A DNA stretch of 20,000 nt from Craspedostauros australis (Eukaryota). Positions 18,774 to 20,000 of this stretch are shown in pieces. The notes under the pieces were generated by a model, which made no database searches, was not told the origin of the DNA, and saw nothing but the letters and a program-made list of their open reading frames with translations. Within the stretch, counting starts at the first letter, position 1; the number at the start of each line of letters is the position of its first letter. Made by a program: the position numbers and the translations under genes. The stretch is from positions 59,612-79,611 of the forward strand of contig JALAGF010000347.1 of NCBI GenBank assembly GCA_030167865.1, written 5' to 3'.

Positions 18774-20000
18774 ATGGCCAAACCCAAACGTTGGGTGTAT
18801 AGCAGCGCCCAAGTGCAAGAGCTCAAAAACCAAATCCGGAGTGAAACCATCAAACCCGAGTGGAGTGCAAAAGAGGTGTGGGAGAGGTCCGAAACAGCAC
18901 GGCTGTTCATCTGGAGCGAATTCCCTCGGAATCTGTCGAATCTTCGTGCCAAGGTCCGCCAGGAACAGAGTAAGTACCTTGAATCGATGCAGACAAACAT
19001 GACTTGCTTGACTACTGTATGCGTGACTCATAATTTGTGACTCATAATTTGTGACTCGTGATTGGATTGTTTCAGTCAGGAAAGATCCCAACGAATCTCC
19101 GACCGTTTCTGAGCTTGCTGCGAACGCAAAAACGATTCGAGAAGCTTCTCGAATGATCCGAACTGACATCGACCTAACCGAGGTAGACAACAACAACGCA
19201 ACAAAGCCATCACCACCACCGCCAAAACAAACAACCACCACCATCACCCTTCCACACCACCCACCACCAGCCACGACCAAGATGACTCCTTCACCACCAG
19301 TCGCCACAACTGACGCCGATGTCATGAATTGGCTCGACGCCAACAACAAACACGAACTTCCAGTCACTCGCACTTTCTACCGCAACAACAATGGTGAACG
19401 CGTCATTGATCTTGCGTTTGAACTCACCGGTGGCACTTGCCACAAAGACCTTCGTGTTCATGTCGCGCCTGGCGGCATGTCTGTTGTGCTTGAAGTGACC
19501 CAAAACGCTGCTCTTGCGAACATGGAACTTCTGCATGACCATTTGCGCGATGACTTCACACTTGCCAACGGACAGTGGGTGTCGCCTTTCATCGACGAGA
19601 AGGCACGTGCGGATGCTACCATGAAGTCATTGTCTCGCATGAAACAGCGCGACGGAGCACCGGTGCGAACTCAGGTCGTTAATTTGCCGTTTGCTGTGAC
19701 AAATCGATGGGAACGCGCGACAGATGGTGTTCTCAACGGCATCAACTACTTGGAACTTGAGGTTCAGACAAACGACAAACAAGGGGTGGTAAGGGCGCCT
19801 GTTCTAATCGTGCGCGTTGTGGAACAGAACAGTTCTCATCCCATCGTTTCTTTTGTTCCACAAGCTCGTTCTACACATAAGCGCACTGTCATCGCTGGCT
19901 TGTCGCTGGTTGGGGCGACTACGCCCCAATCCCGGCTTGACCTCAACACGCGCAAAACATGTGTGCCCTCCCGTTGCGATGACTCCAGCATTGGAACCGC
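18774..20000 (+). CDS. Transposon ORF2, 3'-partial, exons 18774-18969 and 19076 onward: Myb/SANT-like N-terminal domain, Pro/Thr linker, possible HSP20/alpha-crystallin-like domain
   Basis: Exon 1 reads MAKPKRWVYSSAQVQELKNQIRSETIKPEWSAKEVWERSETARLFIWSEFPRNLSNLRAKVRQEQ. A phase-1 intron 18970-19075 (GTAAGT...TTTCAG, 106 bp) gives A|TC AGG AAA. The frame from 19081 is stop-free to base 20000 (over 300 codons), which is why the track misses it. Confidence 0.72.
19023..19057. repeat. 14-bp tandem repeat GTGACTCATAATTT x2.5 inside the ORF2 intron
   Basis: gtgactcataattt gtgactcataattt gtgactc read directly. Confidence 0.9.

Larger units (their letters stand above)
16227..20000. mobile_element. 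PIF/Harbinger-type DNA transposon; left end putative, right end beyond the window
   Basis: Contains a DDE_Tnp_4-like transposase and a divergent second ORF with a Myb/SANT-like N-terminus, the usual two-ORF layout. Candidate left terminus TTA|GAGCAACCTC has a TWA-type target site at 16224-16226, 52 bp past the transposase stop. The boundary is inferred because the partner TIR is not visible. Confidence 0.7.

Noticed and set aside
19789-19794. GTAAGG possible second donor in ORF2
   Set aside because: The frame stays open and continues with a plausible beta-strand (APVLIVRV), so no intron is needed; it cannot be tested without RNA data.

Overview
Eukaryotic nuclear DNA, about 50-55% GC and intron-poor. 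It is most likely a diatom or other secondary-plastid stramenopile, inferred from bipartite signal peptide + ASAFAP-like motifs, a nuclear ClpS and short GT-AG introns. From left to right: a partial acyl-CoA-binding-domain gene (- strand, runs off the left edge and is missed by the ORF track); a plastid-type ClpS adaptor; a very large (~1930 aa) intronless two-pore TPK/K2P-type K+ channel with GLG and GYG filters and an EF-hand-like tail; a 2H-phosphoesterase-like protein; an endonuclease III (NTH1) homolog lacking the 4Fe-4S cysteines; and a small predicted plastid membrane protein. From about 16227 to the right edge lies a PIF/Harbinger-type DNA transposon. It holds a spliced, apparently intact DDE transposase (-), an AT-rich degenerate ~100-bp tandem repeat, and a divergent spliced ORF2 (+) that the ORF track only partly shows. 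ORF2 appears to join an N-terminal Myb/SANT-like helical domain through a Pro/Thr linker to an HSP20/alpha-crystallin-like domain, which is the most unusual signal here. All family calls come from reading motifs by eye; no searches were run.
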